Shown piece after piece: positions 36,679-45,704 of a DNA stretch of 64,000 bases; the first letter of the stretch is position 1; each line of letters starts with the position of its first letter. The notes below the pieces were generated by a model. That model was not told the origin of the DNA, made no database searches, and saw only the letters and a program-made list of their open reading frames with translations. The translations under genes and the position numbers were made by a program. Source of the DNA: Pyrinomonadaceae bacterium (GTDB taxonomy: Bacteria > Acidobacteriota > Blastocatellia > Pyrinomonadales > Pyrinomonadaceae); NCBI GenBank assembly GCA_036505595.1, contig DASXTE010000018.1, positions 6,915 through 70,914 on the forward strand. Reading direction: 5' to 3'.

Positions 36679-37350
36679 CTAAGGCGTGCTGCTCGGCGCG
36701 CGCTCTGATGCGGGCACGCGCGAAGGATCCGGGTTGTCAGGTGACGTATGCAGGTGAACTGCTTTCCATTCTTTGCCAATCTTGCGAAAAACGATGGTCA
36801 TGCGGCCCGTGTCAGTTTCCGGCGTTCCATTGAATGTCATTGACTGCGTCCACTGACAAGTGATGAGCGCGGCCGTCGTGCCCAGCATTGTCACGCGCAG
36901 ATCGCGCACGTCGAGCTTCACGTCTTTCATGTTCGGATAGGAAGTTTCGCGATTCGACTTCAACTGGTCCCAACCTTTCGTGACGGTGCCGTTGTAATTA
37001 AACAACAGAAGCCGTGGCGTGTTCTGGTAAGCATTCGTCACTCCTTTCACGTCCGCGTTCCGGATGCCTTCAAGCAGATTATTGAACGCCGCCAAAACCG
37101 CGCCGGACGGCGACGTTTGTCCTGCCGCTCCATCACGCGACGCACGCGGAGTTGCCGTCGGCGTCGCCTGGGTCGTCGGCGACTTTACGACGGTCTTCGG
37201 CGTCGGCGACGGTTTTGGCGGCGCCACAGTGCGCGTCCGCGTCGTAGGGGATGTCGTTGTGGGTTCGACCGTTGATGAATTGGAGTTCTGCCCAAACGCA
37301 GCACCAGCGCACGAACAAACGACTGAAGCGATGACGAGAAGTCTTTTCAT
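36679..37350 (-). CDS. secreted DUF4440/SnoaL-like protein with Thr/Pro-rich linker
   Basis: Signal/lipobox-like MKRLLVIASVVCSCAGA. TTSPTTRTRTVAPPKPSPTPK linker. NTF2-like C-terminal domain ending RMTIVFRKIGKEWKAVHLHTS. Confidence 0.65.
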   Translation of the reverse strand: MKRLLVIASVVCSCAGAAFGQNSNSSTVEPTTTSPTTRTRTVAPPKPSPTPKTVVKSPTTQATPTATPRASRDGAAGQTSPSGAVLAAFNNLLEGIRNADVKGVTNAYQNTPRLLLFNYNGTVTKGWDQLKSNRETSYPNMKDVKLDVRDLRVTMLGTTAALITCQWTQSMTFNGTPETDTGRMTIVFRKIGKEWKAVHLHTSPDNPDPSRVPASERAPSSTP

Positions 37351-37448
37351 GGGTCAGTTTCCTCAGATTTTAGCCAGGGGCACAGACACGGCTGACATTC
37401 TAAACCATAATCGCCGAGGTGTTTCAGCTTTCTCTCGGTAAACAGTCA

Positions 37449-37553
37449 GACTTTGCGTTCCTTTGCGCCTTTGCGACTTGGCGTGAATCGATAATGGGAA
37501 ATGATAATTCACGCAAAGGCGCGAAGACGCAAAGTGGCGCAAAGAACAAAGTC
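37449..37553. repeat. word hairpin (word CTTTGCG / CGCAAAG); probable gltX terminator
   Basis: Left arm reads CTTTGCG TTCCTTTGCG CCTTTGCG ACTTGGCG TGAAT. Right arm reads ATTCA CGCAAAGG CGCGAAGA CGCAAAGTGG CGCAAAGAA CAAAGTC. The right arm overlaps the gltX stop at 37552. Confidence 0.8.
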
Positions 37554-39057
37554 AGCCGCCGAATTCGTTCCACGGGCGTTGGCTACGCAACCGCATAGCC
37601 GAACGCTCGCGGCCGATAATCTCGAAAACTTCAAACATCGAGGGACCAACCGCCTGCCCCGTCAGCATCGTCCGCGATCCGTTGATCAAAAGACCAGCTT
37701 TGACTCCGGCTTCCTCCGAAAAGGCGCGCAGAGCCTCTTCGGCCGTCGCCGCGGTAAACGGCTCAACGTTTTCCAAACGATCGGCGAGCGCCGGCAGCGG
37801 TTCTCTTAGCCGCGGCTCTTTCAAGATATTTTTCTTCACCGCGGCTTCATCAAAGTCGAAGTCTTCCGAAAAATACGCGCGGCCCTGTGAAGAGAAATCC
37901 TTCAAGGTGAAGAAGCGATGGCGGATTAGCTCGACAGCTTTCTCGAACCACTCGCGCTCGTCGTCATCGTATTCTTCGCGCCAGAGTTTCGCCGAACGCA
38001 GCTCGTCTTTCACCATCGGCAACAATTCTGCAAGCGGCATCGTGCGAATGTACTCGGCGTTCATCCAAAGCGCTTTGTCATCCGTCCAGTGACGCGGATC
38101 GTTTTCGTGAAAATTGAAGACCGCGTTAGCGCGGCCGATGCCTTCGAGGGAAAACTTCTCGACTAATTCTTCGCGCGACAGAATCTCTTTTCCGTCCGGT
38201 GGCGACCAACCAAGCAGGGCAAGAAAATTTCGGAATGCCGCGGGCACGAAGCCGCGGTCGCGATACGTCGTCAGCGAAACAACTTCGCCGTGTTTGCGCT
38301 TGGAAAGCTTGGCTTTATTCGGCGCGAGAATGAGCGGCAGATGCGCAAACTTTGGCACCGGCGCGCCGAAGGCCTGATAAAGCAGAATTTGCTTGTGTGT
38401 ATTTGTCAGGTGATCCTGCCCGCGAATCACGTGGGTAATGCCCATCTCGATGTCATCCAGCACGACCGAAAGGTTGTAGAGCGGATGGCCGTCTGATCGG
38501 AGCAGCACCAGGTCTTCGATTTCCGAGTAGCTGCGTTCCTGTTCGCCGTACACGATATCCGTAAAGCGTGATGCGCCTTCGACGGGCACTTTCAAACGAA
38601 TAGCGAATGGCTCTCCCCCGGCCGCGCGACGATCGGATTCTTCTTTCGGCAGATTGCGGAAAGGGTTGCTGCGATGATCGACGCCTTCAGCGGCTTGCGC
38701 ACGCGCGCGTTCGGCAATCTCTTGCTTGATGCCTTTGTCGTCGCGCGTCTCCTTCGGCGTAAAATCGCGATAGGCCTGGCCTTCTTCAACCAGGCGCCGC
38801 GCCGCGACGCGATGCTCGTCAGCATTGTCGGATTGAAAAACGATCTCTTCGTCGTAGTCCAGCTCGAGCCACTTCAAACCCTCGATAATCGAGCGCGTGG
38901 ATTCTTCAGTCGAGCGTTGCAGATCGGTGTCTTCGACGCGCAGGAGAAATTTGCCGCCCGTCTTGCGCGCGTAAAGCCAATTGAACAACGCCGAGCGCGC
39001 CGCGCCGATGTGCAAATAACCGGTTGGTGATGGAGCGAAACGAACGCGAGTCGTCAT
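37552..39057 (-). CDS. gltX: glutamate--tRNA ligase
   Basis: 501 aa. HIGH-type motif RFAPSPTGYLHIGAARSALFN and KMSKS-type motif KLSKRKHG. Confidence 0.95.
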   Translation of the reverse strand: MTTRVRFAPSPTGYLHIGAARSALFNWLYARKTGGKFLLRVEDTDLQRSTEESTRSIIEGLKWLELDYDEEIVFQSDNADEHRVAARRLVEEGQAYRDFTPKETRDDKGIKQEIAERARAQAAEGVDHRSNPFRNLPKEESDRRAAGGEPFAIRLKVPVEGASRFTDIVYGEQERSYSEIEDLVLLRSDGHPLYNLSVVLDDIEMGITHVIRGQDHLTNTHKQILLYQAFGAPVPKFAHLPLILAPNKAKLSKRKHGEVVSLTTYRDRGFVPAAFRNFLALLGWSPPDGKEILSREELVEKFSLEGIGRANAVFNFHENDPRHWTDDKALWMNAEYIRTMPLAELLPMVKDELRSAKLWREEYDDDEREWFEKAVELIRHRFFTLKDFSSQGRAYFSEDFDFDEAAVKKNILKEPRLREPLPALADRLENVEPFTAATAEEALRAFSEEAGVKAGLLINGSRTMLTGQAVGPSMFEVFEIIGRERSAMRLRSQRPWNEFGG

Positions 39058-39139
39058 AAAGAAAAGGCAAAAGTAAAAAGGTAAAAGGCAAAAGAACGAG
39101 CCACGAGTTTTGCCTTTTTACTTTTTCCTTTTGCCTTTG
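39058..39139. repeat. heptad-word hairpin (word AAAAGGC / GCCTTTT) between tRNA-Ser and gltX
   Basis: Left arm reads AAAAGGC AAAAGTA AAAAGGT AAAAGGC AAAAG. Right arm reads TTTTGCC TTTTTAC TTTTTCC TTTTGCC TTTG. The loop is aacgagccacga. It starts directly next to the gltX start codon and ends 6 nt from the tRNA 3' end. Confidence 0.8.
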
Positions 39140-39145
39140 TATTTC

Positions 39146-39236
39146 TGGCGGAGATGAGAGGATTCGAACCTCTGAAGGGCTTTTGACCCTTAACGGTTTA
39201 GCAAACCGCCGCCTTCAGCCACTCGGCCACATCTCC
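39146..39236 (-). tRNA. tRNA-Ser (anticodon GCT)
   Basis: Folded by hand. Acceptor GGAGATG/CATCTCC. 3-bp D stem (GCC/GGC). Anticodon stem GCGGT/ACCGT with loop TTGCTAA. Long variable arm AAGGG..CCCTT. T arm AGAGG-TTCGAAT-CCTCT. Discriminator G and an encoded CCA. Confidence 0.9.
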
Positions 39237-39278
39237 GCAACGATACGAAAAGTTATTCTAAAGCGCGCTAAATCAAAG

Positions 39279-39707
39279 TCAAGGCAACTCAGGCTGCGGT
39301 GTCGTTACCGAACTGAGATAGAGTTTTTTGCTCTCAACACTGAAGCAAAACCACAGCGCGTAAATCGCAAGCAAGGTTCCCAGCGGAATGATCCACGCAA
39401 CCATGATCGCCGCGAAGATGCCCCAGATGCGCGCGCCTGGTTTTCGCTTCCACATCTTGCGGCTCGCCATCGCCGTGGGCAACACCAGGACCAAGCCGAG
39501 GCCGAGATAGAAAACGACGGCGAACACACCTCCGAGCACGCCGAAGCCGGCTTGATTCATGTCCCCGGTTTCGTTCGCGAAAGAAATCCCCAGCGCAACA
39601 AAAACTCCAAGACTGACAAGCATCAACAACAAAAACGTCAACCCGAATAATGCGGCGAAGACGGCAAAACCGATCGCCAGATACTTGTTATGTTCGGCTG
39701 CTGTCAC
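39279..39707 (-). CDS. hypothetical 4-TM membrane protein
   Basis: 142 aa with four hydrophobic segments. Downstream of and co-oriented with arsR. No family recognised. Confidence 0.5.
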   Translation of the reverse strand: MTAAEHNKYLAIGFAVFAALFGLTFLLLMLVSLGVFVALGISFANETGDMNQAGFGVLGGVFAVVFYLGLGLVLVLPTAMASRKMWKRKPGARIWGIFAAIMVAWIIPLGTLLAIYALWFCFSVESKKLYLSSVTTPQPELP

Positions 39708-39740
39708 TATTCGGAGACCTGAAAGACCCGCGCAACGTTA

Positions 39741-40139
39741 TTACGCGGCCAATCCAATCGGCTTCGGTGCGCGACGCAGTTGCACCGGGAGTTGCGGCAT
39801 GCAACAGATCTGCGCCAGCTTCTGACGATCGCGTTGCAACTCCGGATGTTCGGCGAGCGACGCGCGGACTTCCCGAAAGATGCGCGCGGCGTGTTCGTCC
39901 GGCGGGTCGACCAAGCGATAGTGCATCCATTTTCCTTCGCGGCGCGCCGCAACAATCTGCGCACGTCGCAAGTAAGCAAGGTGCCGCGAAATCTTTGGCT
40001 GACTCGTCTTCAGAATCGCCACCAGGAAACAAACGCAAACTTCCGAATCGCCAATCAAGCTAATCAAACGGAGGCGCGTGCGATCCGCCAGCGCCTTAAA
40101 AAGATTTTCGATGTCATGGCTTTTCTTCGCCATAGTCAC
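39741..40139 (-). CDS. arsR: ArsR/SmtB family metalloregulator
   Basis: LADRTRLRLISLIGDSEVCVCFLVAILKTSQPKISRHLAYLRRAQIV, a winged HTH with the CVC metalloid-binding motif. Confidence 0.85.
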   Translation of the reverse strand: MTMAKKSHDIENLFKALADRTRLRLISLIGDSEVCVCFLVAILKTSQPKISRHLAYLRRAQIVAARREGKWMHYRLVDPPDEHAARIFREVRASLAEHPELQRDRQKLAQICCMPQLPVQLRRAPKPIGLAA

Positions 40140-40675
40140 TCAATTCCAACCGTGTGGCTGCGGCGCTCAAGCAAAATCGTGTCGCGCCACACGCCATTCA
40201 ACTTGCCAATCCGTTCGCGCCGGCCAACTTCGCGAAAACCAAGACGCTCATGAAGCGCCCGGCTGGCCGTATTCTCCGGAAACATTCCGGCTTGCAAAGT
40301 CCAGATACCGTTCTCTTCCGAAGCCGAGATCAAAGCAGCGAGCAGCTTGCGGCCCACGCCCGATTGCCGGCGAGCAGTGCTCACGTAAACGCTCACCTCA
40401 GCAACGCCGCCATAGACGCATCTTTGAGACACCGAACTAAGCGCCGCCCAGCCGACGATTCCTTTGCCGCCCCGTGCTACCAACCGCGCGAACTTCAAAT
40501 GCGCCGCGTCCCAGGCTTCCCACGAAGGCGCTTCCGTCTCGAAAGTAGCGTGGCCGGTCACGATGCCTTCCCGGTAAATCTCTCTCACCTGTTCCCAGTC
40601 CGCGGGCAACATTTGCCCAATGATCGGGTGAGCCATCACATTCGGCTTGACAGATATGTTCGGCTTGGCTACCAT
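40136..40675 (-). CDS. arsN: GNAT N-acetyltransferase, phosphinothricin-acetyltransferase-like (ArsN1-type)
   Basis: PAT-family pattern (EIYREGIVTGHATFETEAPSWEAW ... SVYVSTARRQSGVGRKLL ... RALHERLGFREVG). It overlaps the arsR start by 4 nt. An alternative start is M14 at 40636. Confidence 0.7.
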   Translation of the reverse strand: MVAKPNISVKPNVMAHPIIGQMLPADWEQVREIYREGIVTGHATFETEAPSWEAWDAAHLKFARLVARGGKGIVGWAALSSVSQRCVYGGVAEVSVYVSTARRQSGVGRKLLAALISASEENGIWTLQAGMFPENTASRALHERLGFREVGRRERIGKLNGVWRDTILLERRSHTVGIE

Positions 40676-40720
40676 GCATTCACATTCGCTGAGGCGAATA
40701 TGATTCTAAGGAGGATTGAA

Positions 40721-41209
40721 ATGGAAAGCAAGAACGAAACAGGGGCCGTGATGGTGGATGCGCTGAAGGCGCACCTGGCGCTGAACGTGACTGATGTGAC
40801 GAAAAGCATCGAGTTCTACCGGAGACTCTTCGGCATCGAACCGAGCAAGGTGCGCACTGGTTACGCCAAATTCGACGTGCAGAATCCGCCGCTGAACTTC
40901 ACTCTGAACGAAGGAATCGTTCCCAATCGCGGCGCGTTGTCACATTTGGGAATTCAGGTCCGCTCGACTGAAGACGTGCTCGCCACGCGCGAACGGTGGC
41001 AGGAGGCTGGGCTCTTGACGCGCGACGAAATGCAGACAAACTGTTGCTATGCGACTCAGGACAAGACCTGGGTGCGCGATCCGGACGGCAACGAATGGGA
41101 GGTCTTCGTCGTACTGGAGGATAATCTGCCGGAAACGGCATCGGCGGCGGCGTGTTGCGGACCCGACGGGACATGCGCTACGCCGATGACGCAGATTTCG
41201 CAAGCTTGA
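40721..41209 (+). CDS. arsI: ArsI/CadI family glyoxalase-fold protein (putative C-As lyase)
   Basis: ATG 40721 follows AAGGAGG. HLALNVTDVTKSIEFYRRLFG, GALSHLGIQV, and the vicinal Cys pair TNCCYATQDK typical of ArsI. The 351-aa track ORF upstream of this point is antisense to arsN. Confidence 0.75.
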   Translation: MESKNETGAVMVDALKAHLALNVTDVTKSIEFYRRLFGIEPSKVRTGYAKFDVQNPPLNFTLNEGIVPNRGALSHLGIQVRSTEDVLATRERWQEAGLLTRDEMQTNCCYATQDKTWVRDPDGNEWEVFVVLEDNLPETASAAACCGPDGTCATPMTQISQA

Positions 41210-41212
41210 GAT

Positions 41213-41635
41213 ATGGCTGAGAAGAAACGAGTGCTGGTCATTTGCACGGGAAACGTCGCGCGCAGCCAGATGGCGGAAGGACTATTGCGCCATTTAGCCG
41301 GCGACAAGGCGGAAGTTTTCAGCGCTGGTTTGATTCCGAGCTACGTTCGACCCAACGCAATCGCAGTGATGAAAGAAGTCGGCATCGATATCTCTCATCA
41401 TCGATCGAAGTCACTGAACGAGTTCATCGACACGCCGTTTGATTATGTGATTACGGTTTGCGATCACGCCGCTCAGTACTGTCCAACTTTTCCGGGTGAA
41501 GCGAAGCGAATTCACTGGAGCATCAAGGATCCGGTCGTAATCGGCGATGACGAAGCACAGCTCGAAGCATTTCGCAGCGCGCGAGATGATTTGAAAGACA
41601 GAATTGAGAAGTTCGTTGCAGACGAACTTGCTTGA
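41213..41635 (+). CDS. arsC: arsenate reductase, LMW-PTPase/thioredoxin-coupled type
   Basis: P-loop VLVICTGNVARSQMAEG (CX5R) with downstream Cys residues in VCDHAAQYCP. Confidence 0.85.
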   Translation: MAEKKRVLVICTGNVARSQMAEGLLRHLAGDKAEVFSAGLIPSYVRPNAIAVMKEVGIDISHHRSKSLNEFIDTPFDYVITVCDHAAQYCPTFPGEAKRIHWSIKDPVVIGDDEAQLEAFRSARDDLKDRIEKFVADELA

Positions 41636-41659
41636 ATTATGTTTCTTGTCTCGCAGAGC

Positions 41660-41702
41660 AAAAAAAGCGCCGCCCGGGATGTGACTCCTGGCGGCGTTTT
41701 TT
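41660..41702. terminator. bidirectional intrinsic terminator
   Basis: An A run, then stem gcgccgcc ... ggcggcg, then TTTTTT. It lies between convergent arsC and the Spy-like gene. Confidence 0.8.
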
Positions 41703-41724
41703 CAATTAGCGGGGACTGCCTTTA

Positions 41725-42228
41725 CTAGAGCGGCTTGTTCGCCATCGGCCCGCGCCGGCCAAACCGGCCGCGATTCTCGCGCCGGTTCTTGATCATTTCA
41801 TCTAGCTTGGTCTTCTGTTCCGGCGTTAACAACGCGGCCAACTGCGTCCGCGTATTCTGTCGCGACGCGTGAAGCTGCTGGCGCAACTCCTTCGCTTTCG
41901 CTTTTTCATCGTCAGTCAACGTGCCTTCGCGAAACTTCCGCCGCAGTTCAGCGAGTTCCTGCCGTTGAGTTTTGGTGCTTTCGAAATTCGCGCGCCTGAT
42001 TTCCCTCGCCTGCTGCTTCTGAGCATCGGTGAGGTTGAGCGTGCGCAAAGCGCCTAACGCCCGCCTGCGAGCATGACGGCGCCCCATTCGGCGCGCCATC
42101 CGGCCGCGCTGACGTTGCTGAACGTTCGGCGCAGCGTTGGTTGAGGCCGGGGGATCCTGCGCGGCCGCAATAACGAAACTCGTCAATACAATTGCCAAAC
42201 TACCAATCAAAACTGTGACTCTCTTCAT
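41725..42228 (-). CDS. Spy/CpxP family periplasmic protein (LTXXQ motifs)
   Basis: Signal peptide. LNLTDAQKQQ and LTPEQKTKL motifs. Arg-rich segment. Confidence 0.75.
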   Translation of the reverse strand: MKRVTVLIGSLAIVLTSFVIAAAQDPPASTNAAPNVQQRQRGRMARRMGRRHARRRALGALRTLNLTDAQKQQAREIRRANFESTKTQRQELAELRRKFREGTLTDDEKAKAKELRQQLHASRQNTRTQLAALLTPEQKTKLDEMIKNRRENRGRFGRRGPMANKPL

Positions 42229-42446
42229 CTGATTACTCCTTCAAACCTAGTGAACCAAAGACTCGCGAACATCGAAGTTAATGAATTCTCGACTGTTTGC
42301 GAATCTTTAGACGCGCCGTCTTCAGATTCAGCCGAGGAATTCCACGGGTCTGCTCCGAGGAAAGCCACGGCTCGCCGGCTTGTCTAAACGCGCGGTAAAC
42401 ATTAATCTCTTTCAAGGAATCAGGGCTCGTTTACAATCTCGCACGG

Positions 42447-44366
42447 ATGAAATTGCTTCAGGACATCAACTCGCCCGCAGACCTGCGCCGACTCAGCATC
42501 GATCAACTTCAGGAAGTCGCCGAAGAAATCCGGCAGCACATTCTCGAAACTATGTCGCGCGTGGGCGGCCACACGGGCGCGTCGCTCGGCGCGGTGGAGC
42601 TGGCGGTCGCGCTGCACTATGCATTCGACACGCCGCACGATCGTCTGGTCTGGGACGTTGGTCACCAGGCTTATGCGCACAAGATTTTGACCGGCCGTCG
42701 CGATCTTCTGCCGACAGTCAAACAGTACGGCGGCATCAGCGGCTTCCTCCGCCGAGACGAATCTGAATACGACACGTTCGGCGCCGGTCACGCATCGACT
42801 TCCCTGTCGGCCGCGTTGGGAATGGCCATCGCGCGCGATCGCAAAGGCGAAGAGCATCACGTCGTCGCGCTTATCGGTGACGCTTCACTCGCCGGCGGCA
42901 TGGCGATGGAAGCAGTGAATCAAGCCGGCCATCTGAAGACGCGCCTAATTGTCGTGCTGAACGACAACGAGATGTCGATCGCGCCGGCGGTGGGCGCGCT
43001 CACCGGATATCTTAATCGTATTCGCGAAGCCCACGGCTACCATCGCTTCAAGGACGAAGTCGAAGAGACACTACTTTCGATTCCGAGCGTCGGCGAGCGG
43101 CTTCATCACGCGGCGAAAGCGATGAAGGATGCGATTGCTGCGGCGGTTTTGCCGGGCGCGCTCGTGAACGAGCTTGGATTCAAGTACATCGGCTACGTCG
43201 ACGGCCACAATGTGAAAGCGCTGGTCAAGGCGCTGCGCGAAGCACAGCAAATCAAAGACGGTCCCGTCATCGTTCACGCGCTAACGACCAAAGGCAAAGG
43301 CCACCCGGCGGCCGAAAACGATTACTACAAGTGGCACGCGACCGGTCCGTTTGATCTGAAGACCGGCAAACCAATCAAGTCACCGTCGAAAGCTCCGACT
43401 TACACAAAAGTTTTCGGCGACACGCTCTGCGAGTTGATGGAAAAGGACGAGCGTATCGTCGCGTTAACGGCCGCTATGCCAGACGGCACGGGCGTCTGTG
43501 AAGCGCTTGCGAAGTTTCCTGAACGCTCGTTCGACGTCGGTATCGCGGAACAACACTGCGTGACCTTCGCGGCCGGATTGTCCGTGGAAGGATTGAAGCC
43601 CGTTTGCGCAATTTACTCGACATTTCTTCAGCGCGCTTTCGACCAGCTCATTCATGACGTCTGCATACAGGACTTGAACGTCAAGTTCTGTCTCGACCGA
43701 GGCGGCATCGCCGGCGGTGACGGCCCGACCCATCATGGACTGCTGGACATCGCTTACTTACGGGGCATTCCGAATATGGTCGTGATGGCGCCGAAAGACG
43801 AGCGCGAAATGCGCGACATGCTGTTCACGATGGTCGAGCACGTCGGACCGGCCGCGATGCGCTATCCGCGCGGCAACGGCGTCGGCGTTCCGATTGACCA
43901 GCCGCCGCAGCTACTCGAAATCGGCAAGGCAGAACTGCTGCGCGACGCGGGCGAAGTCGCCATCGTCGCGTATGGCGCGATGGTGCATCCGTCTCTCGAA
44001 GCAGCCGAGAACCTGGCGAAAGAAGGCATCGAAACGACGGTAGTCAACGCGCGTTTCGTGAAACCGCTGGACAGCGCATTGTTGCTGGCGCTCGCGCGAA
44101 CCAAGCGTCTGATTGTCACGGTGGAAGAGGCTTATCTCGCCGGTGGGTTCGGTTCCGCGGTGATGGAACTGCTCGAGGAAAACGGCCTCCAGGACAAAAT
44201 CGCCGTGGTCCGCATGGGAATTCCTGATCGCATCGTGACGCACGGAGATGCGAAGCTGCTGCTTGCCAAATACGGCCTGGACGCCGATGGCATTTATACG
44301 CGCGTGAAAGAAGCAGTTGCCGTGCTCGACGACCGGCACGCGCAGCACCATAAGGTTATTGCCTGA
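42447..44366 (+). CDS. dxs: 1-deoxy-D-xylulose-5-phosphate synthase
   Basis: 639 aa. GGHTGASLGAVELAVALHYAFDTPHDRLVWDVGHQAYAHKILTGR and the ThDP motif GDASLAGGMAMEA..LNDN. Confidence 0.95.
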   Translation: MKLLQDINSPADLRRLSIDQLQEVAEEIRQHILETMSRVGGHTGASLGAVELAVALHYAFDTPHDRLVWDVGHQAYAHKILTGRRDLLPTVKQYGGISGFLRRDESEYDTFGAGHASTSLSAALGMAIARDRKGEEHHVVALIGDASLAGGMAMEAVNQAGHLKTRLIVVLNDNEMSIAPAVGALTGYLNRIREAHGYHRFKDEVEETLLSIPSVGERLHHAAKAMKDAIAAAVLPGALVNELGFKYIGYVDGHNVKALVKALREAQQIKDGPVIVHALTTKGKGHPAAENDYYKWHATGPFDLKTGKPIKSPSKAPTYTKVFGDTLCELMEKDERIVALTAAMPDGTGVCEALAKFPERSFDVGIAEQHCVTFAAGLSVEGLKPVCAIYSTFLQRAFDQLIHDVCIQDLNVKFCLDRGGIAGGDGPTHHGLLDIAYLRGIPNMVVMAPKDEREMRDMLFTMVEHVGPAAMRYPRGNGVGVPIDQPPQLLEIGKAELLRDAGEVAIVAYGAMVHPSLEAAENLAKEGIETTVVNARFVKPLDSALLLALARTKRLIVTVEEAYLAGGFGSAVMELLEENGLQDKIAVVRMGIPDRIVTHGDAKLLLAKYGLDADGIYTRVKEAVAVLDDRHAQHHKVIA

Positions 44367-44539
44367 CACGATATCCGCCATCCTCCCGCATTCCCGTCGC
44401 AACACATGAGCAAATAAAGTTTCACGGAACGCCCGCCGTGTGCATCCTCACGAGCACAACCAGTCAGGCCACGCTGCGACCTTCACACGCGAGGCCTTAG
44501 ACTTGCATCTAAAGCGTCGGGTAAGAACGCCCAAGTGAA

Positions 44540-45124
44540 ATGAACATGACGAGAATCGAAGTACCTTTGACACTCCCGGCGCCGCATTTTGATGACGAAG
44601 CGACAATTGCGACGGCGCGGCAAGTCGTCCCCATCGAGCGCGCACGCGTGCGTGAATCCTGGCGAAAGCTGCGCGCAATTTTGCCATTGCTTTTGGCGGC
44701 GATGCTCTGCGGTGCATTGGGCGCGACAGTGGTTAATTACTACGAGCGAAAACCGAACGAGCAACCAAGAGTGCAACAGTCAGCACCGAACGGCCCCGCG
44801 GTTCAGGCGATCAGCGAACCTTCTCCAGCGGCCGTTGCCGTATCTTCCAACGTGACCAGCCAACCGGACGCGACCCAATCCGCTTCCACATCACAGCAAA
44901 CTTCAGCGAATACGAACGAGCAGCCAGCAAAGGCAGATGAAAAGAGCACGCAAGCGGATGACAACGTGTCTGAAAAAACGTCACCCAAAGCCGAGAAACA
45001 AGCCAGTTCCGACCCGTCAAAGTTGATCCGCAAGCGGCGGGTGCAACCTGATCAAGACGCGCCGAAACTTCAAAAGAACGGCGCCGGGCGGATTGCGGAC
45101 ATTTTTAGCGGCCCAAATCCCTAA
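44540..45124 (+). CDS. hypothetical single-pass membrane protein with low-complexity C-terminus
   Basis: 194 aa. TM segment ILPLLLAAMLCGALGATVV. Ser/Gln/Ala-rich tail. Confidence 0.45.
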   Translation: MNMTRIEVPLTLPAPHFDDEATIATARQVVPIERARVRESWRKLRAILPLLLAAMLCGALGATVVNYYERKPNEQPRVQQSAPNGPAVQAISEPSPAAVAVSSNVTSQPDATQSASTSQQTSANTNEQPAKADEKSTQADDNVSEKTSPKAEKQASSDPSKLIRKRRVQPDQDAPKLQKNGAGRIADIFSGPNP

Positions 45125-45380
45125 TGTACGACAGGCTCCAACCTGTCGCTGATTTAACACGCTGAAAACAAGAGCGGGCTCTAGTCTGTCTCAAATTCAT
45201 AATAATTTTGAGTATTGACCGCGCTGGGCGAGCGTGGCATTATGCGCCTTGAGGCGTACAGCAACTTTGCCCTTTCCTGGTTCGCCTGCCCCATCCTCAA
45301 CTTAAGCACAGCAGCCCGACTGATCCGAATTGTGGTCAAAATACGCTCGCGCGGTGCGGCGCGAGAGGAAGGTCACCCCT

Positions 45381-45641
45381 ATGAAGCGGCAGTTTTTCTA
45401 CGAGCGGGAATGCGTCCATCGGGAAGGGGGCGCGGACGGCGATACTTACAATGGCATGTTTTTCATTCAGGCACTTCAGCGATTGCAGAGCGATGACGCG
45501 GTGCGGATGGCCGCCAAAGTTTCGCCTTTTTATTGGGTCGACGCGCCGAGAGTTTTGGTTTGGCTTTGTAAGCAGTGCGCCAGCGAACTGGCGATGGTCG
45601 ATTCTCCGCGCGCGGTCTTGCAGAGCGGCAAAGTGGCATAG
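45381..45641 (+). CDS. hypothetical small protein
   Basis: 86 aa from MKRQFFYEREC, following GAGGAAGG. A candidate promoter (TTGACC, 17-nt spacer, CATTAT) lies at 45215-45243, which implies a 5' UTR of about 130 nt. Confidence 0.4.
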   Translation: MKRQFFYERECVHREGGADGDTYNGMFFIQALQRLQSDDAVRMAAKVSPFYWVDAPRVLVWLCKQCASELAMVDSPRAVLQSGKVA

Positions 45642-45704
45642 GCTTCAGTCTGTGCTTCGCGGGGGCATCGGCACCCAGACTAAAGGCTACGCTACAATCT
45701 GCGC

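Noticed and set aside
39146-39236. tRNA-Ser as a possible integration hotspot or genomic-island border for the adjacent ars cluster.
   Set aside because: There is no integrase, no direct repeat of the tRNA 3' end and no phage or transposase genes nearby. gltX and housekeeping genes flank it.
40154-41209. 351-aa ORF in the six-frame track.
   Set aside because: The first ~190 codons are antisense to the well-supported arsN acetyltransferase gene and have no recognisable features. A strong RBS (AAGGAGG) and an ATG at 40721 begin the conserved ArsI/CadI domain. Only 40721..41209 is kept.
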